From: Chitinophagaceae bacterium
Lineage (GTDB): Bacteria; Bacteroidota; Bacteroidia; Chitinophagales; Chitinophagaceae
Length of the DNA: 59,990 nt
Assembly (NCBI GenBank): GCA_017744805.1
Contig: JAGIAP010000001.1
Coordinates: forward strand, 1-59,990
Direction: 5' to 3'
How positions within the stretch are numbered: position 1 is the stretch's first letter; the number at the start of each line of letters is the position of its first letter. This document shows positions 29,403 through 40,100 of this stretch, in pieces. The position numbers were made by a program, and so were the translations under genes. The notes under the pieces were generated by a model. The model saw only the letters and a program-made list of their open reading frames with translations, was not told where the DNA came from and searched no databases.

Positions 29403-30626
29403 CTATAACTTATTGAGTATTTCTTTCAGGCGGGCTTCTGCCTCTTGTGTGAATCCTGTGAATTTGTCAACTATCTTGCCTTCCCCATCGATGAGGTACA
29501 TGGTAGGTATGCCACTGAACATATAATCAGTCTGGGTTTTGCGGATATCAGGCGTCAGCACCTGCGCCCACGGAGCTTCTTCTTCCTCCACTGCTTTCAG
29601 CCAGGCTTTTTTATCGTTGTCTATCGATACGCCCAATACTTCAAATCCTTTGGAACGATATTGCTCATATAAGTCCTTCACTTTAGGGATAGCCTGACGG
29701 CAGGGGCCACACCAGCTTGCCCAGAAATCGATAAGCACATATTTCCCTTTGTAAGATGCAAGTGATACATTCTTGCCATTGGGATCGGGGTAGGTGAAGG
29801 TTGGCGCAGGTTTACCATTCTCCAGCATTTTGGTGCGCACCAGGAAGGTTTTCACTTCTTCTTTCATATCCTTTGCGTCCCTGAACCATGGATATTTTGC
29901 AGAGAGCTTGTCGAGTATAGCCAGGGTATTGTCAGCATCTTTCATCCAGTTGGTACGGCGAAGCGCTGATACCACAGCGGGCTGGTCCGCATAATTGTCT
30001 ATCACCAGCCGCATACGGGCAGATTCCATCTGCTGGAACTTATTGATCCTGTCTTGCTTTGCGAGATAAGTAGCCCATGCAGAATCGGTGTTCTTATACT
30101 GGTTGGCATAGTATTCCTCGTTGTATACGAAGATGCTTTCCTGGTAACCGTAATAATCGATATGATTGATGATATTGATGATCTTATTATTGAGCGACTG
30201 GCTCTTTATGAATACATAGGGTGGGTTCTTGATCTTTACTTTGGCCGTATCATAACCTCTGTCGTTGATCTCAGCATTTGCATCGGCAAAGAAGTCGACC
30301 CTGTTACAATATTTGAGCAGATCTATCCGGTAAATGGTGGGAACGGTAGCATTTATCTTTATGCTGTAACTGCCATCTGGTTTCACAGTTACTGAGTCGA
30401 ATGCCTTGTATTCATAACCTTCACCTTTGCCGATGTACACTTTATTCAGATTGTAGCCTAAGCGCTTGCAATCTTCCTCCGGCCAGAGGAACTGGATCTT
30501 GCCAGATACAGTGACCCATTTTTTGGGCGCTGCATTATTTTTCTGTGCCGCTGCTGGTAAGGCTGAAATGATAGCCAGAGCTATCATCCAGGGCTTTACA
30601 CAAAAACATTTCATCTTCTTTTTCAT
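29403..30626 (-). CDS. TlpA-family oxidoreductase (CGPC) with divergent N-terminal domain
   Basis: Signal peptide ending AAAQ; GKYVLIDFWASWCGPCR; IPTMYLIDGEG. Confidence 0.93.
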   Translation of the reverse strand: MKKKMKCFCVKPWMIALAIISALPAAAQKNNAAPKKWVTVSGKIQFLWPEEDCKRLGYNLNKVYIGKGEGYEYKAFDSVTVKPDGSYSIKINATVPTIYRIDLLKYCNRVDFFADANAEINDRGYDTAKVKIKNPPYVFIKSQSLNNKIINIINHIDYYGYQESIFVYNEEYYANQYKNTDSAWATYLAKQDRINKFQQMESARMRLVIDNYADQPAVVSALRRTNWMKDADNTLAILDKLSAKYPWFRDAKDMKEEVKTFLVRTKMLENGKPAPTFTYPDPNGKNVSLASYKGKYVLIDFWASWCGPCRQAIPKVKDLYEQYRSKGFEVLGVSIDNDKKAWLKAVEEEEAPWAQVLTPDIRKTQTDYMFSGIPTMYLIDGEGKIVDKFTGFTQEAEARLKEILNKL

Positions 30627-30666
30627 TTTTTAATTTTGATTCTACAGGTATTAGTGATATGAATTC

Positions 30667-32079
30667 TCAATTGGCATAACCGGGGTTTTGTTTGATCACT
30701 TGTCCCGTGATGGCTGTTTCGCTGTAAGGAACAGGTAATGCGTACCTGTTGGCAGGCAGCACACTATTGGGTTTTCTTCCGGTTCTGATACGGTCGAAAC
30801 GGTCGAACCCTTCATAAGCCAGTTCCCATCTGCGTTCCTGCCAGATGGCATCCAGCAGTTGCTGCTTGCCGGCAAAAGAAGCAAGGGTAAAGGGGGCTGG
30901 CCTGTCAGCCATTGCGAAGGAGCGCTGGTGGATGCTGTTCAGCATGTCTACCGACTGTTGATTTACCCCGTTCTTATTGGCCAATGCTTCAGCCATTGTC
31001 AGTACTGTTTCTGCCAGCCTGATGGCCACCATGTTCTCACGGATCTGGGGATGACTGAATTTTACCGGTGTGGGATGGGTTGACCAGGGAGCACCGGGGA
31101 TCAGCATACTGGTAGCACGGATATCCTTTGGTGGATAGCTTGCAACAAAATCATCGGCAGGAAAAGTATATCCATCATAAAAGTAAACGCCGTTATTATC
31201 GTAGAGATTATTGTTCCAGCTTTCAGGGAAAGCCATGATCAGTTCAGGAATACTCATGGTGATCTTGCTGTTGCCCGGCGTATTGTCCGGGAAAACATCC
31301 ATGATGCTTGCTGCAAGATGATAGTGATTGTTCTGCATCACTTTGGTGCCATAGGCAATGGCTTTATCGTTATCCTGCACATACATGGCTACTCTGGCCC
31401 CAAGAGCATTGGCTGTTCCTTTGGTAGCTCTGGATCGGGTTGCCAGATCGGTGTCGAAATCATCAGGAAGATCAGTGATGGCTTCATCGATATCTTTGAA
31501 GATCTGCGTAAATACTGCTGCATTGGTGCTGCGCGGAATATTCTGTGATCCATCGTATCCGTCATATCCATTCAACCTCAGCGGAACCCCCATATTGCTG
31601 GGTTTGTTTTCCAGTGCACCATCTCCGTACAGTTTGATAAGATTTGAATAGCAGTATGCGCGGATCAGTTTAGCTTCTGCAATGAATTGTTTTTTTAGCT
31701 GTTCATCGAATGCTCCATCGGCAGGGAGCTTATCGATCAGTACATTGGCCAGATTGATGGTTTTGTAATTATTCTCCCAGAAAGGATTATAGTTTTGATC
31801 CCGCGGATCGATGGCGCCGGTATAGTACGGATTGTTAGTGCCGCTGAAATTGAGGATGATGCCGGTGGAGAGATCTCCCATCACATAGGCGTCTGACCGG
31901 CAGGCTTCATAAAGTTTTATGTATGCATCGCCGAGTGCGGCTTCTGCGGTGATCCGGGTTCTCAGCACTGCCTTTTCCGTCATGGTGTCTTCAGGCGCCA
32001 GATCCAGTTTTTTGTCGCAGGCAGTAGTGAAGAGGATGCCTGCTGCTACCAGAGTTATATTGAAATTCTTTTTGAACAT
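30667..32079 (-). CDS. SusD/RagB lipoprotein (locus C)
   Basis: Lipobox TTAC; IRLAETVLTMAEA, ERRWELAYEGFDRFDRIR, QNPGY. Confidence 0.95.
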   Translation of the reverse strand: MFKKNFNITLVAAGILFTTACDKKLDLAPEDTMTEKAVLRTRITAEAALGDAYIKLYEACRSDAYVMGDLSTGIILNFSGTNNPYYTGAIDPRDQNYNPFWENNYKTINLANVLIDKLPADGAFDEQLKKQFIAEAKLIRAYCYSNLIKLYGDGALENKPSNMGVPLRLNGYDGYDGSQNIPRSTNAAVFTQIFKDIDEAITDLPDDFDTDLATRSRATKGTANALGARVAMYVQDNDKAIAYGTKVMQNNHYHLAASIMDVFPDNTPGNSKITMSIPELIMAFPESWNNNLYDNNGVYFYDGYTFPADDFVASYPPKDIRATSMLIPGAPWSTHPTPVKFSHPQIRENMVAIRLAETVLTMAEALANKNGVNQQSVDMLNSIHQRSFAMADRPAPFTLASFAGKQQLLDAIWQERRWELAYEGFDRFDRIRTGRKPNSVLPANRYALPVPYSETAITGQVIKQNPGYAN

Positions 32080-32096
32080 AGTTGCTGTTTTAAGGG

Positions 32097-35084
32097 TTAG
32101 AGTCCGAGTTTTAATCCAAAGCGGAATATCCTGGGATTGGGAAGGGTGAGCTCATCAAATCCGGCTTTCAGGCCTGATGAACCATAGGCGCTCACTTCAG
32201 GATCGATGCCACTGTAACCTGAGATCACCAGTACATTCTCGGCCTGCACAAATACTCTTGCATTGGTGAGCATACCCAGGCCCTTTCTCTGGAGCCAACT
32301 GTTTTTGATATTGTAGGCAAGTGTGATATTGCGGAGCTTGAGGAAGGAAGCGTCTTCGAGGAAGCGACTGATATTGCGTCCCAGCGTGTAATCATATTTG
32401 CTGAAGAAAGATCCGGCAGAGTTGGAATTGTTCACCAGTTTGGGGATGGGAGTGATATCGCCGGACTGTTTCCAATAATTCAGCAGGTCGCGCGAGAGAT
32501 TATTCACATCATCTCCTTCAAATGATCCTGTGGTATAGCTGTAGAGCGCGGCTTTGGCGCCATTGAACATTTTGTGGCCGGCGGCGAAGCTGAAGAAAAC
32601 ATCCAGTTCAAATCCTTTATAACCGATATTGTTGCCGAAGCCTCCATATATTTTAGGCATGGCATCTCCCATGGCTTTACGGTGTACATCGGGGTTGTCA
32701 ATGATTTGATCGGGAATGGCCTTGTCCAGTATTTTACCGGTATTGTCGATCCATTGTGGTTGCCCGGTTGTTTTGTCAACGCCTGCCCACTGATACATGA
32801 AGAACTCGGATGCGGAATAGCCGGGTAGCCAGTAATTACCGCCGTACAGTTCGATGGTGGCGGCCAGGCTATTGGGATCAGTCTTGTGCAGTTTTTTGAT
32901 GATATTCTTGTTGCGGGAAATATTCAGATTGCTGCTCCAGAAGAAATCCCTGGTTTTGATATTGCTGCTGGTGACAGAGATCTCCCAGCCACGGTTGTTC
33001 AGGTCAGCCAGGTTCTGCTGTTGTAATGTGAAGCCCATAAAGGAAGGTACTGCCGAGCTGAGGATGGCGTCCTTCGTTTGCTTGTTGTAGTAATCTACAG
33101 TTACTGTTAAGCGTGAGTTGAAAAGTGAAAGATCCATACCCACATCGAAAGTATGGGTGCGCTCCCATTTCAGGTTTGGATTGGCGGGTTGGCTTACACT
33201 TACCGTTTGCATATTGCCATAGGTGGCGCTATAGGTAGCAAGTTTGTACTGGCCCTGATTGCCATAGTAGCCGGCTCCGCCATCGGTGCCGGTGAAACCT
33301 ACGCTGCCGCGGAATTTTAGCTGATCAATGAATCTGAGATCCTTCATGAAAGATTCTTCGCTGGGCACCCATCCCAGAGAGAAAGAGGGGAAGCCTACAT
33401 AGCGGCGGTTCTTAGAAAAGCGGGATGAACCATCAACACGATAGGTGATCCCTGCCAGGTACCTGTTCATGTACTGATAGTTCAATCTTCCGAAGAAGGA
33501 AACCAGCGCTGTTTTTTTCTCGATCGAAGTGAGCACTCTTTTGTCAGAAGCGGCAGAGATACTAAGGATATCATCGCTGAAATAGCCCTGTCCGGTGATG
33601 CTGGTGGTGTTCTCGACAGATGACTCAAAGCTTTGCCCTGCCACTGCATTGATGGTATGCACGCCTCCCAGCGTCTTGTTGGCTGTAAGGGTATTGTTGG
33701 TGACCCATTTCCTGTTCTGTGTACTGGTTTCAGAGGCACTGCCGGTAAGCAGATGCGGACGGCTGGCATCCCTGCTATAGGATCGGCTGTTCACCATATC
33801 GGTCCCGATCTCGGTACGGGCAACTAGCCACGGCAGTAGTTTCAGCTCTCCGAAAACCAGGCCCAGTACCCTTCCGTCATTGGAATAATTTTGATTGGCT
33901 TTTGCTTTGGCAACCGGGTTCAAGTCTCCCGCCGGACCAGTAGGGTTCTGGCCTTTGCCCCAGGCATAACTGCCATCAGCATTGTAGATAGGCAGGTTGG
34001 GCGCCCGCAATACGGCTTCGCGATACAGCGATTGCGCACCGGCGCCGCTGTTCTTTGAATAGGACAAGGCGATATTGGCCCCAACTTTGAGTTTACTTCC
34101 CAGTTGCTGATCTACGCTCACTTTACCCTGGTAGCGTTCATAATCGTTATTGATGATATAGGATGGCATCTTATCATAACCGGCACTGATATAATAGCTA
34201 TTCTTCTCCGTTCCTCCGCTCATATTCACATTGGCGCCAAGCCCGGTGGCTGTTCTGGTAATGGCATCGATCCAGTTTGTATTGATGCCTTTCGGGAATA
34301 TTTTGGGTGCACCGGGATCCAGGGCTTTGTAATAGGCTGTATAGAAATCTGCATATTCATCTCCCGTCATTATATCATGTGTGCCGAAGGGCTTACTGAT
34401 GGACGTGGACACCATCGCATTGATCTGTGTTTTCCCGGCCAGACCTTTCTTGGTGGTGATAAGAATCACACCTGCCGCCCCTCTCGATCCATAGATGGCG
34501 GTGGCATAGGCATCTTTCAACACTTCAATGGATGCGATATCATCCGGATTGATACTAGCCAGTGGATTCTTCTCGAAATTGGTCCCCTGGTCGTACCCGG
34601 CTACTACGGATGTGCCGCCAAATGTAAAGCCGGGAGTGGAACCGGGGTTGTAATTGATGGTATTGGTTTCCTGTCCGATACCGTAAACAGGGATGCCATC
34701 AACCACAATCAACGGTGCATTACCGTTGTTGGAAAGTGTGCTGAGGCCACGGATGGTGATGGCTACGGCACTGCCCGGCACTCCGGAAGAAGGCGTGATC
34801 TGTACGCCGGACATACGGCCCACCATCATCTGGTCTACCGTCAGCGGTGGCGCTCCCGTGGGGTTGGGTTTCAGGGTAGATACAGAGCCTGTAAGTTTCT
34901 TTCTGTCAGTGGTTCCATATCCCACCACTATCACTTCAGCCATTTTGGTCACTTTTGCCGGCACAGTGTCGGCCTGGGGCTTTGTTAAGGGTTTTGCAGG
35001 GTCGCTTTTGGTGGGTGTTTGCAGGTGCCCCACTGCATGTAGCAGCAACGTGGAGCAACACAGTAAGACCATCTTTTTTCTCAT
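32097..35084 (-). CDS. SusC/RagA TonB-dependent transporter lacking STN and N-terminal extension (locus C)
   Basis: Signal peptide, short P/T/K linker, then EVIVVGYG; plug INPDDIASIEVLKDAYATAIYGSRGAAGVILITTKKG; ends PRIFRFGLKLGL. Confidence 0.94.
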   Translation of the reverse strand: MRKKMVLLCCSTLLLHAVGHLQTPTKSDPAKPLTKPQADTVPAKVTKMAEVIVVGYGTTDRKKLTGSVSTLKPNPTGAPPLTVDQMMVGRMSGVQITPSSGVPGSAVAITIRGLSTLSNNGNAPLIVVDGIPVYGIGQETNTINYNPGSTPGFTFGGTSVVAGYDQGTNFEKNPLASINPDDIASIEVLKDAYATAIYGSRGAAGVILITTKKGLAGKTQINAMVSTSISKPFGTHDIMTGDEYADFYTAYYKALDPGAPKIFPKGINTNWIDAITRTATGLGANVNMSGGTEKNSYYISAGYDKMPSYIINNDYERYQGKVSVDQQLGSKLKVGANIALSYSKNSGAGAQSLYREAVLRAPNLPIYNADGSYAWGKGQNPTGPAGDLNPVAKAKANQNYSNDGRVLGLVFGELKLLPWLVARTEIGTDMVNSRSYSRDASRPHLLTGSASETSTQNRKWVTNNTLTANKTLGGVHTINAVAGQSFESSVENTTSITGQGYFSDDILSISAASDKRVLTSIEKKTALVSFFGRLNYQYMNRYLAGITYRVDGSSRFSKNRRYVGFPSFSLGWVPSEESFMKDLRFIDQLKFRGSVGFTGTDGGAGYYGNQGQYKLATYSATYGNMQTVSVSQPANPNLKWERTHTFDVGMDLSLFNSRLTVTVDYYNKQTKDAILSSAVPSFMGFTLQQQNLADLNNRGWEISVTSSNIKTRDFFWSSNLNISRNKNIIKKLHKTDPNSLAATIELYGGNYWLPGYSASEFFMYQWAGVDKTTGQPQWIDNTGKILDKAIPDQIIDNPDVHRKAMGDAMPKIYGGFGNNIGYKGFELDVFFSFAAGHKMFNGAKAALYSYTTGSFEGDDVNNLSRDLLNYWKQSGDITPIPKLVNNSNSAGSFFSKYDYTLGRNISRFLEDASFLKLRNITLAYNIKNSWLQRKGLGMLTNARVFVQAENVLVISGYSGIDPEVSAYGSSGLKAGFDELTLPNPRIFRFGLKLGL

Positions 35085-35158
35085 AATAGTTTAGTTAGTT
35101 TGGGAGAATTACGAACATGACAGAATTAGAAAAAAATCCTTCCCCCGTCCCGAACTCT

Positions 35159-35189
35159 ACATGAACGCCCGGAAAAAAGTGATGAAAAC
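35159..35189. promoter_or_regulatory. Putative LytTR operator between susC (locus C) and the divergent LytS/LytTR genes
   Basis: ATGAA at 35161 and 35182, a 21-bp-period direct repeat. Confidence 0.45.
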
Positions 35190-35228
35190 CGGGATTCACT
35201 ACACATTATTAAAGACTGCGGAAAAGCG

Positions 35229-36407
35229 ATGAAATACAGGCTGAATCTATACCTTAGTGCTATGCAACCCATGATGAAAAGACTCCTGTACCGTATTGGC
35301 CACTTCCTGCTTTTTCTGCTGCTTTTCCATTTGCTATGGCTGATATTCTATTATCTGTCCAATAGCGGGCTGATAGAAAAAGAATACAGGCTGGCCTATT
35401 ACAAGCAACTCTTTGTCAACACCACCGGGTATTTCGCTTTTTACCTGGGTGCATTCTGGCTCTTCCCTTCACTGATCAGTAAACGGAAATATGTACTGTT
35501 GGGAGCTATCGTAGTGGTGTTGTCCATTGCATTGGGGAAACTGCAATTCTGGTTGCAGGACTGGCAGTTGGATCCCTCCAATATTTTCGGATTTCATTTA
35601 TCACAAGTTGAGCAGCCATCACCGCCGCAGCCAGATCCACATCCTGCTTCGGGAATGATCATGCCTGCAACACTCGTATCGCAAACGGTTGGTTCCGATG
35701 TGAGGGCCATGTTCAATATCTTTGTCTTCTTTTTATTCGGGATCGGATTCGCTTACGCAAAAGACTGGTTCATCAAAGACAGAAGGACCAGGACACTGGA
35801 AAAAGAAAAACTGCAAAGTGAGCTGGCATTGTTGAGATACCAACTCAATCCGCATTTCTTTTTCAATACCATCAATGATATCTATTACCTGGCGCTGATC
35901 AAGAGCGATACCACGCCCGATGCTTTATTGGAATTATCCAACCTGCTGAGATATGTATTGAATGAGAAAGAAGAATGGGTCTCTGTAGACAAAGAGTTTG
36001 ATCATCTTCAGCAATTCATTCAATTACATAAATTCCGTTTTCCTGAAGAAGTAGTGCATCAGCACAGAGAGATAGACGCCAGCATGGGCAGGCTGCATAT
36101 AGCGCCGCTGCTGCTCATTACATTTGTGGAAAATGCGTTCAAACACGGAGAGCCCGGAACGGAAGATCACCCGGTACAGATCCATTTGTCTTTGAAAAAA
36201 GGCCTGCTGCATTACGAGGTGATCAATCGTGTACCCGCCAATATTTCAAAGGACAGCAGCAGTGGTATCGGTATCGCCAACCTCGAAAGGAGATTGTCGC
36301 TGCTTTATCCCGGTTCTTATGAGCTGTCATTTAGAGAGGAGAACGATATATATACAGCCACTCTTCAATTAAATCTGAACAATGATCAACAGCATAGCCA
36401 TCGATGA
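35229..36407 (+). CDS. LytS/YehU-type sensor histidine kinase
   Basis: Four TM segments; LRYQLNPHFFFNTIN H-box; FVENAFKHG; SGIGIANLERRLSLLYP. True start may be ATG 35262 or 35271. Confidence 0.93.
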   Translation: MKYRLNLYLSAMQPMMKRLLYRIGHFLLFLLLFHLLWLIFYYLSNSGLIEKEYRLAYYKQLFVNTTGYFAFYLGAFWLFPSLISKRKYVLLGAIVVVLSIALGKLQFWLQDWQLDPSNIFGFHLSQVEQPSPPQPDPHPASGMIMPATLVSQTVGSDVRAMFNIFVFFLFGIGFAYAKDWFIKDRRTRTLEKEKLQSELALLRYQLNPHFFFNTINDIYYLALIKSDTTPDALLELSNLLRYVLNEKEEWVSVDKEFDHLQQFIQLHKFRFPEEVVHQHREIDASMGRLHIAPLLLITFVENAFKHGEPGTEDHPVQIHLSLKKGLLHYEVINRVPANISKDSSSGIGIANLERRLSLLYPGSYELSFREENDIYTATLQLNLNNDQQHSHR

Positions 36408-37119
36408 TGAAACCAATGCTCTGGGTGTGATAAAGGAGTTCGCCAAAAAGATCCCTGATCTTGAGCTGCTGCATTCCTTCACCGACCCCACCAAGGCATT
36501 GCAATATCTCAGGCAGTCGAAACCGAAGATCCACCTGGTATTCCTGGATATCCAGATGACGAGAATGAATGGATTGGAACTGGCACAGCATTTACCGGAA
36601 GATACCCGCATCATCCTCACCACTGCATATCCAGACTTTGCCTTGCAGGGATATGAGCTGGATGTGATCGATTACCTGCTCAAGCCTTTCTCTTTTGCAA
36701 GATTTGAAAGGGCGATCCAGAAGGCCAGGAGCATGCTCCAGGCTGCCGCTCCGGGCGCTGCAGTCAACGATATACAACGATTGTCGCCCCATAGCGATGA
36801 CTTCATTTTTGTAAGAACAGATTATAAAACGATACGGGTAAAGATCTCCGATATCCAATACATCGAAGGCTCCGGCAATTATGTTTCCCTGCATACCCTG
36901 AAGGGCAAACTGATGGTATTGCAGAACCTGAAGAAATTTGAAGATCAGTTACAGCCTTATGCATTCTTCAGGATTCATAAATCCTTTATCATTTCATTGG
37001 CGCATATCGATAGCATCGAAAAAGGATGGGTGCAGATTGCCGGTAAGGATATTCCCATTGGTGAGTCCTACAAAGAGTCTTTCAGCAATTTCCTCAATGA
37101 GCATTACCGGCAGTTCTGA
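36382..37119 (+). CDS. LytTR-family response regulator
   Basis: AIDDE, FLDIQM, DYLLKPF receiver; YIEGSGNYV and FRIHKSFII LytTR domain. Confidence 0.95.
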   Translation: MINSIAIDDETNALGVIKEFAKKIPDLELLHSFTDPTKALQYLRQSKPKIHLVFLDIQMTRMNGLELAQHLPEDTRIILTTAYPDFALQGYELDVIDYLLKPFSFARFERAIQKARSMLQAAAPGAAVNDIQRLSPHSDDFIFVRTDYKTIRVKISDIQYIEGSGNYVSLHTLKGKLMVLQNLKKFEDQLQPYAFFRIHKSFIISLAHIDSIEKGWVQIAGKDIPIGESYKESFSNFLNEHYRQF

Positions 37120-37133
37120 AATATTGTTGGTAC

Positions 37134-37165
37134 GTCCATCGCCCGCGGCACCGCGGGCGATGGAC
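37134..37165. terminator. Strong hairpin between convergent genes
   Basis: Perfect 15-bp inverted repeat GTCCATCGCCCGCGG/CCGCGGGCGATGGAC; only weak T-tracts. Confidence 0.75.
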
Positions 37166-37170
37166 ATATT

Positions 37171-40100
37171 CTATCTTTTAATGAAACGCACTGGTACCTG
37201 CTTATCCCCCTGCTGATATTGTAAGATATATACCCCTGTTCCCAACTGACCGATGGCTAACGGTACTGTACCCACGCCGGCCTGTACCTGGATGGTCTGT
37301 TGCCATACTTTTCGCCCGGCTACATCATGGATACTTATCAGGATCTGTTTTGATGAAGACGAATTGGTTTGCAGAGTAGCGGTATTACCTGAAACGGGAT
37401 TGGGTGATACCTTAAGCTGAAGGAATGCCGCGCCACCTCTGTTCAGCACTACGATCTTTGAATACGCAGCAGGGCTTCCCTGTTCTTCCATTTTTAGACG
37501 GTAATAAAAAGTGACAGGGGAGAGATCCGGGTCTGTGAATTGAAATGGATGATCACAATCGGGTTGTGCTGCCTGCACGGTGCCGATGGGGTTGAATTGT
37601 AGCCCATCAGTGCTGCGCTCGATGGTGAATGATGAAGGACCGGTGCAGGATGCTTTCCAGCTAAGCAGGTTGCCATTTGGCTTTACTGTGCCGGTAAATG
37701 ATTCAAGGTTGATCGGCAATGCTGCAAAACTGCTGCTGGCAAAATAGAAAGTGGAAAACGAATTGACAGTTGTGGTGAATACATAGTCATTCTCCCAGCT
37801 CGCGGCTGTAGAGCTGATCTTTTCTGCGTTCTTCGATATCATATTGGCACAGGCGTCGTCGCTTTTGAAAATAGACAGATTGGTCAATCCGTTCACACCT
37901 GCATCGGGTGTGCTCACCAATTTGTCCAGCTCCGTTTTCCGGATATACAATCTTACCGATACGGGAGTTGTAGGTTGATTGGTAACGGAGATGGTTATGT
38001 TACGATCCAGGTAAGCCCTTCCGGCAGGGTCTTTTCGGGTAGGACCGTTATGCGTGTAGAATTTGACGCTTACATTCCCGAGATTGTTGCCGTTGGGATT
38101 GATCTCTGCGATAGCTTGTCCTTCCGAATCGGTGAAGGGGATCCATTGTCCGTTATTGGTATTGTTGACAGTTACCACTTCGCTGGCATTCCAGCATACG
38201 CCTGCGTGGCCGGGGGATACCAGTGCGGGGGCGATCGTCAATTGGTTCCATCTCGGTTGTCTGCCATTGGGCCCGGTGAAATCCACTTTTTTAGTGAGCA
38301 GACTTTTGGCCGGATCATATTCAAATAGCGTTCCTCCGATCCGGAGATCGCCACCCAATGTAGTGAGCCCATATAATTTGCCGTTCATTACAGCCATGGT
38401 GCCGAAAGGCCAGGCGCCGGTTGAAGTTATCTGGAAGCCATGGTGATTGGTCATTATTTTGGTGGCAGGATTGAATGAATACAGGTTCCCATAATTACCA
38501 TCCACCGGATAACTGTTGTTATAGGTAAGCCCCCATAGCTCATTGTTCAACACTACCAATCCACCTACGGGGTTGGTGCCATTGCCTTCCTTGAGGTCAT
38601 ATTCTTTCGTGATGGAATTGGTACCTGGGATCCAGGAATAAATGATGCCGCGGTCACCAGCTCCACCTTTTTCGCCGGTTCCCCAGAATTTGCCGCCATA
38701 CAAGGTCATACCGGATTTCGGATATCCATACCCGGCAGGGAAATAATACTTTGTGGTGAGCGTATTGGTGGCAGGGGTGAATTCAAAAATACTGCCCATA
38801 TCATCCGGACCACCTCTGTGCGTAGTGCCATATAGTTTGGAGCCCAGCACGCTGAGCCTTGCCTGGGGAGAGGAACCTGTGGGATGATTGAAATTCATTC
38901 TTACAGTATACTCATTGGTGGCTGGATCAAATTCATACAGGACACCGCTGAGATAAGTACCTCCGCTTGCCAGTGTGCCGTAGAATTTGTTATTGTATAA
39001 CACCATACCCCCATTTCCTGAAGGATAACCATCCGTTTCATCGAAACTATGCAATAAGGTATATTGCTGCGTATACGGGTCATAGCTATAGATGCCTCCG
39101 TTACCATATGTACCACCGCTGCTCGTGATCCCATAAAACTTCCGCTGATAATAATTCAGGTGCCCGCCAGGCTCAAAACCGGTGGTGGAATGGGACATAT
39201 CCAGTTTTTTGGTATACCCGTTTGTTGCCGGATTGTATTCAAAGAATGTCCCCAGGGAATAGGCGCCACCTCTGTTGGTAAAACCATAGAGCTTGTTATT
39301 GTACAATGTCAGGTAGCCGATACCGCCAATGCCTGTATTGATGCTGAAAGTGGCCCGTGGTGTAAAAGCATTGGTGGCCGGGGTATACTCGAAAATAGTA
39401 CCGTAGTCATTGGCGCCACCGCGATTAGTGCTTCCATACAATTTGTTATTGTATACGGTCAATTCGCTGGTGCCATAACTGCCTGCCATATTTAGATCAT
39501 ATTTTTTGGTGAGGGCATTGGTGCCGGGATCGAATTCAAATAATACTCCCAGGTCGTTAGCGCCTCCACCATATGTGGTGCCATAGAGCTTTCCGTTGAA
39601 TACCGTCATAGACTTGTAAACGCCCGATGCGTTGATGGAGCTGAGGTCTGCCCGTTTGGAAAAAGTGCTGTTGCCCGGATCGAACCAGAAGATGGCGCCG
39701 CCAGACAGATTTCCCGTTCCTGTGGTGGTTGCCCCATACAATTTGCCATCGTATACGGTGAGGCCGGCATCCGGCCATTTGCCGTGAACAGCTTCATTGA
39801 AATCCATTTTTTTGGTATGGGTGTTGGTGGCAGGATCAAATTCATACAGGGTGCCATGGCCGAAAGCTCCACCACCAGAAGTGACCCCGTAGAGTTTATT
39901 ATTGTACAGGGTGAGTGCGTTCTCGGGATAACGGCCTGTGTTGACACTGAACTCGTACAAATTCTTTACCTGGTTATTGGCCGGATTGTATTCGAACAGG
40001 CAACCAGTATAGGTGCTGCCACCATGGGTTGAAATACCATAGAATTTATTGTTGAACAAAGTGAGTGTGAAGGTTGACTCACTCTGAGTTACCTGGTCCA

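Noticed and set aside
34104-34988. 294-aa plus-strand ORF
   Set aside because: Antisense shadow of the SusC plug region with no protein-like motifs.
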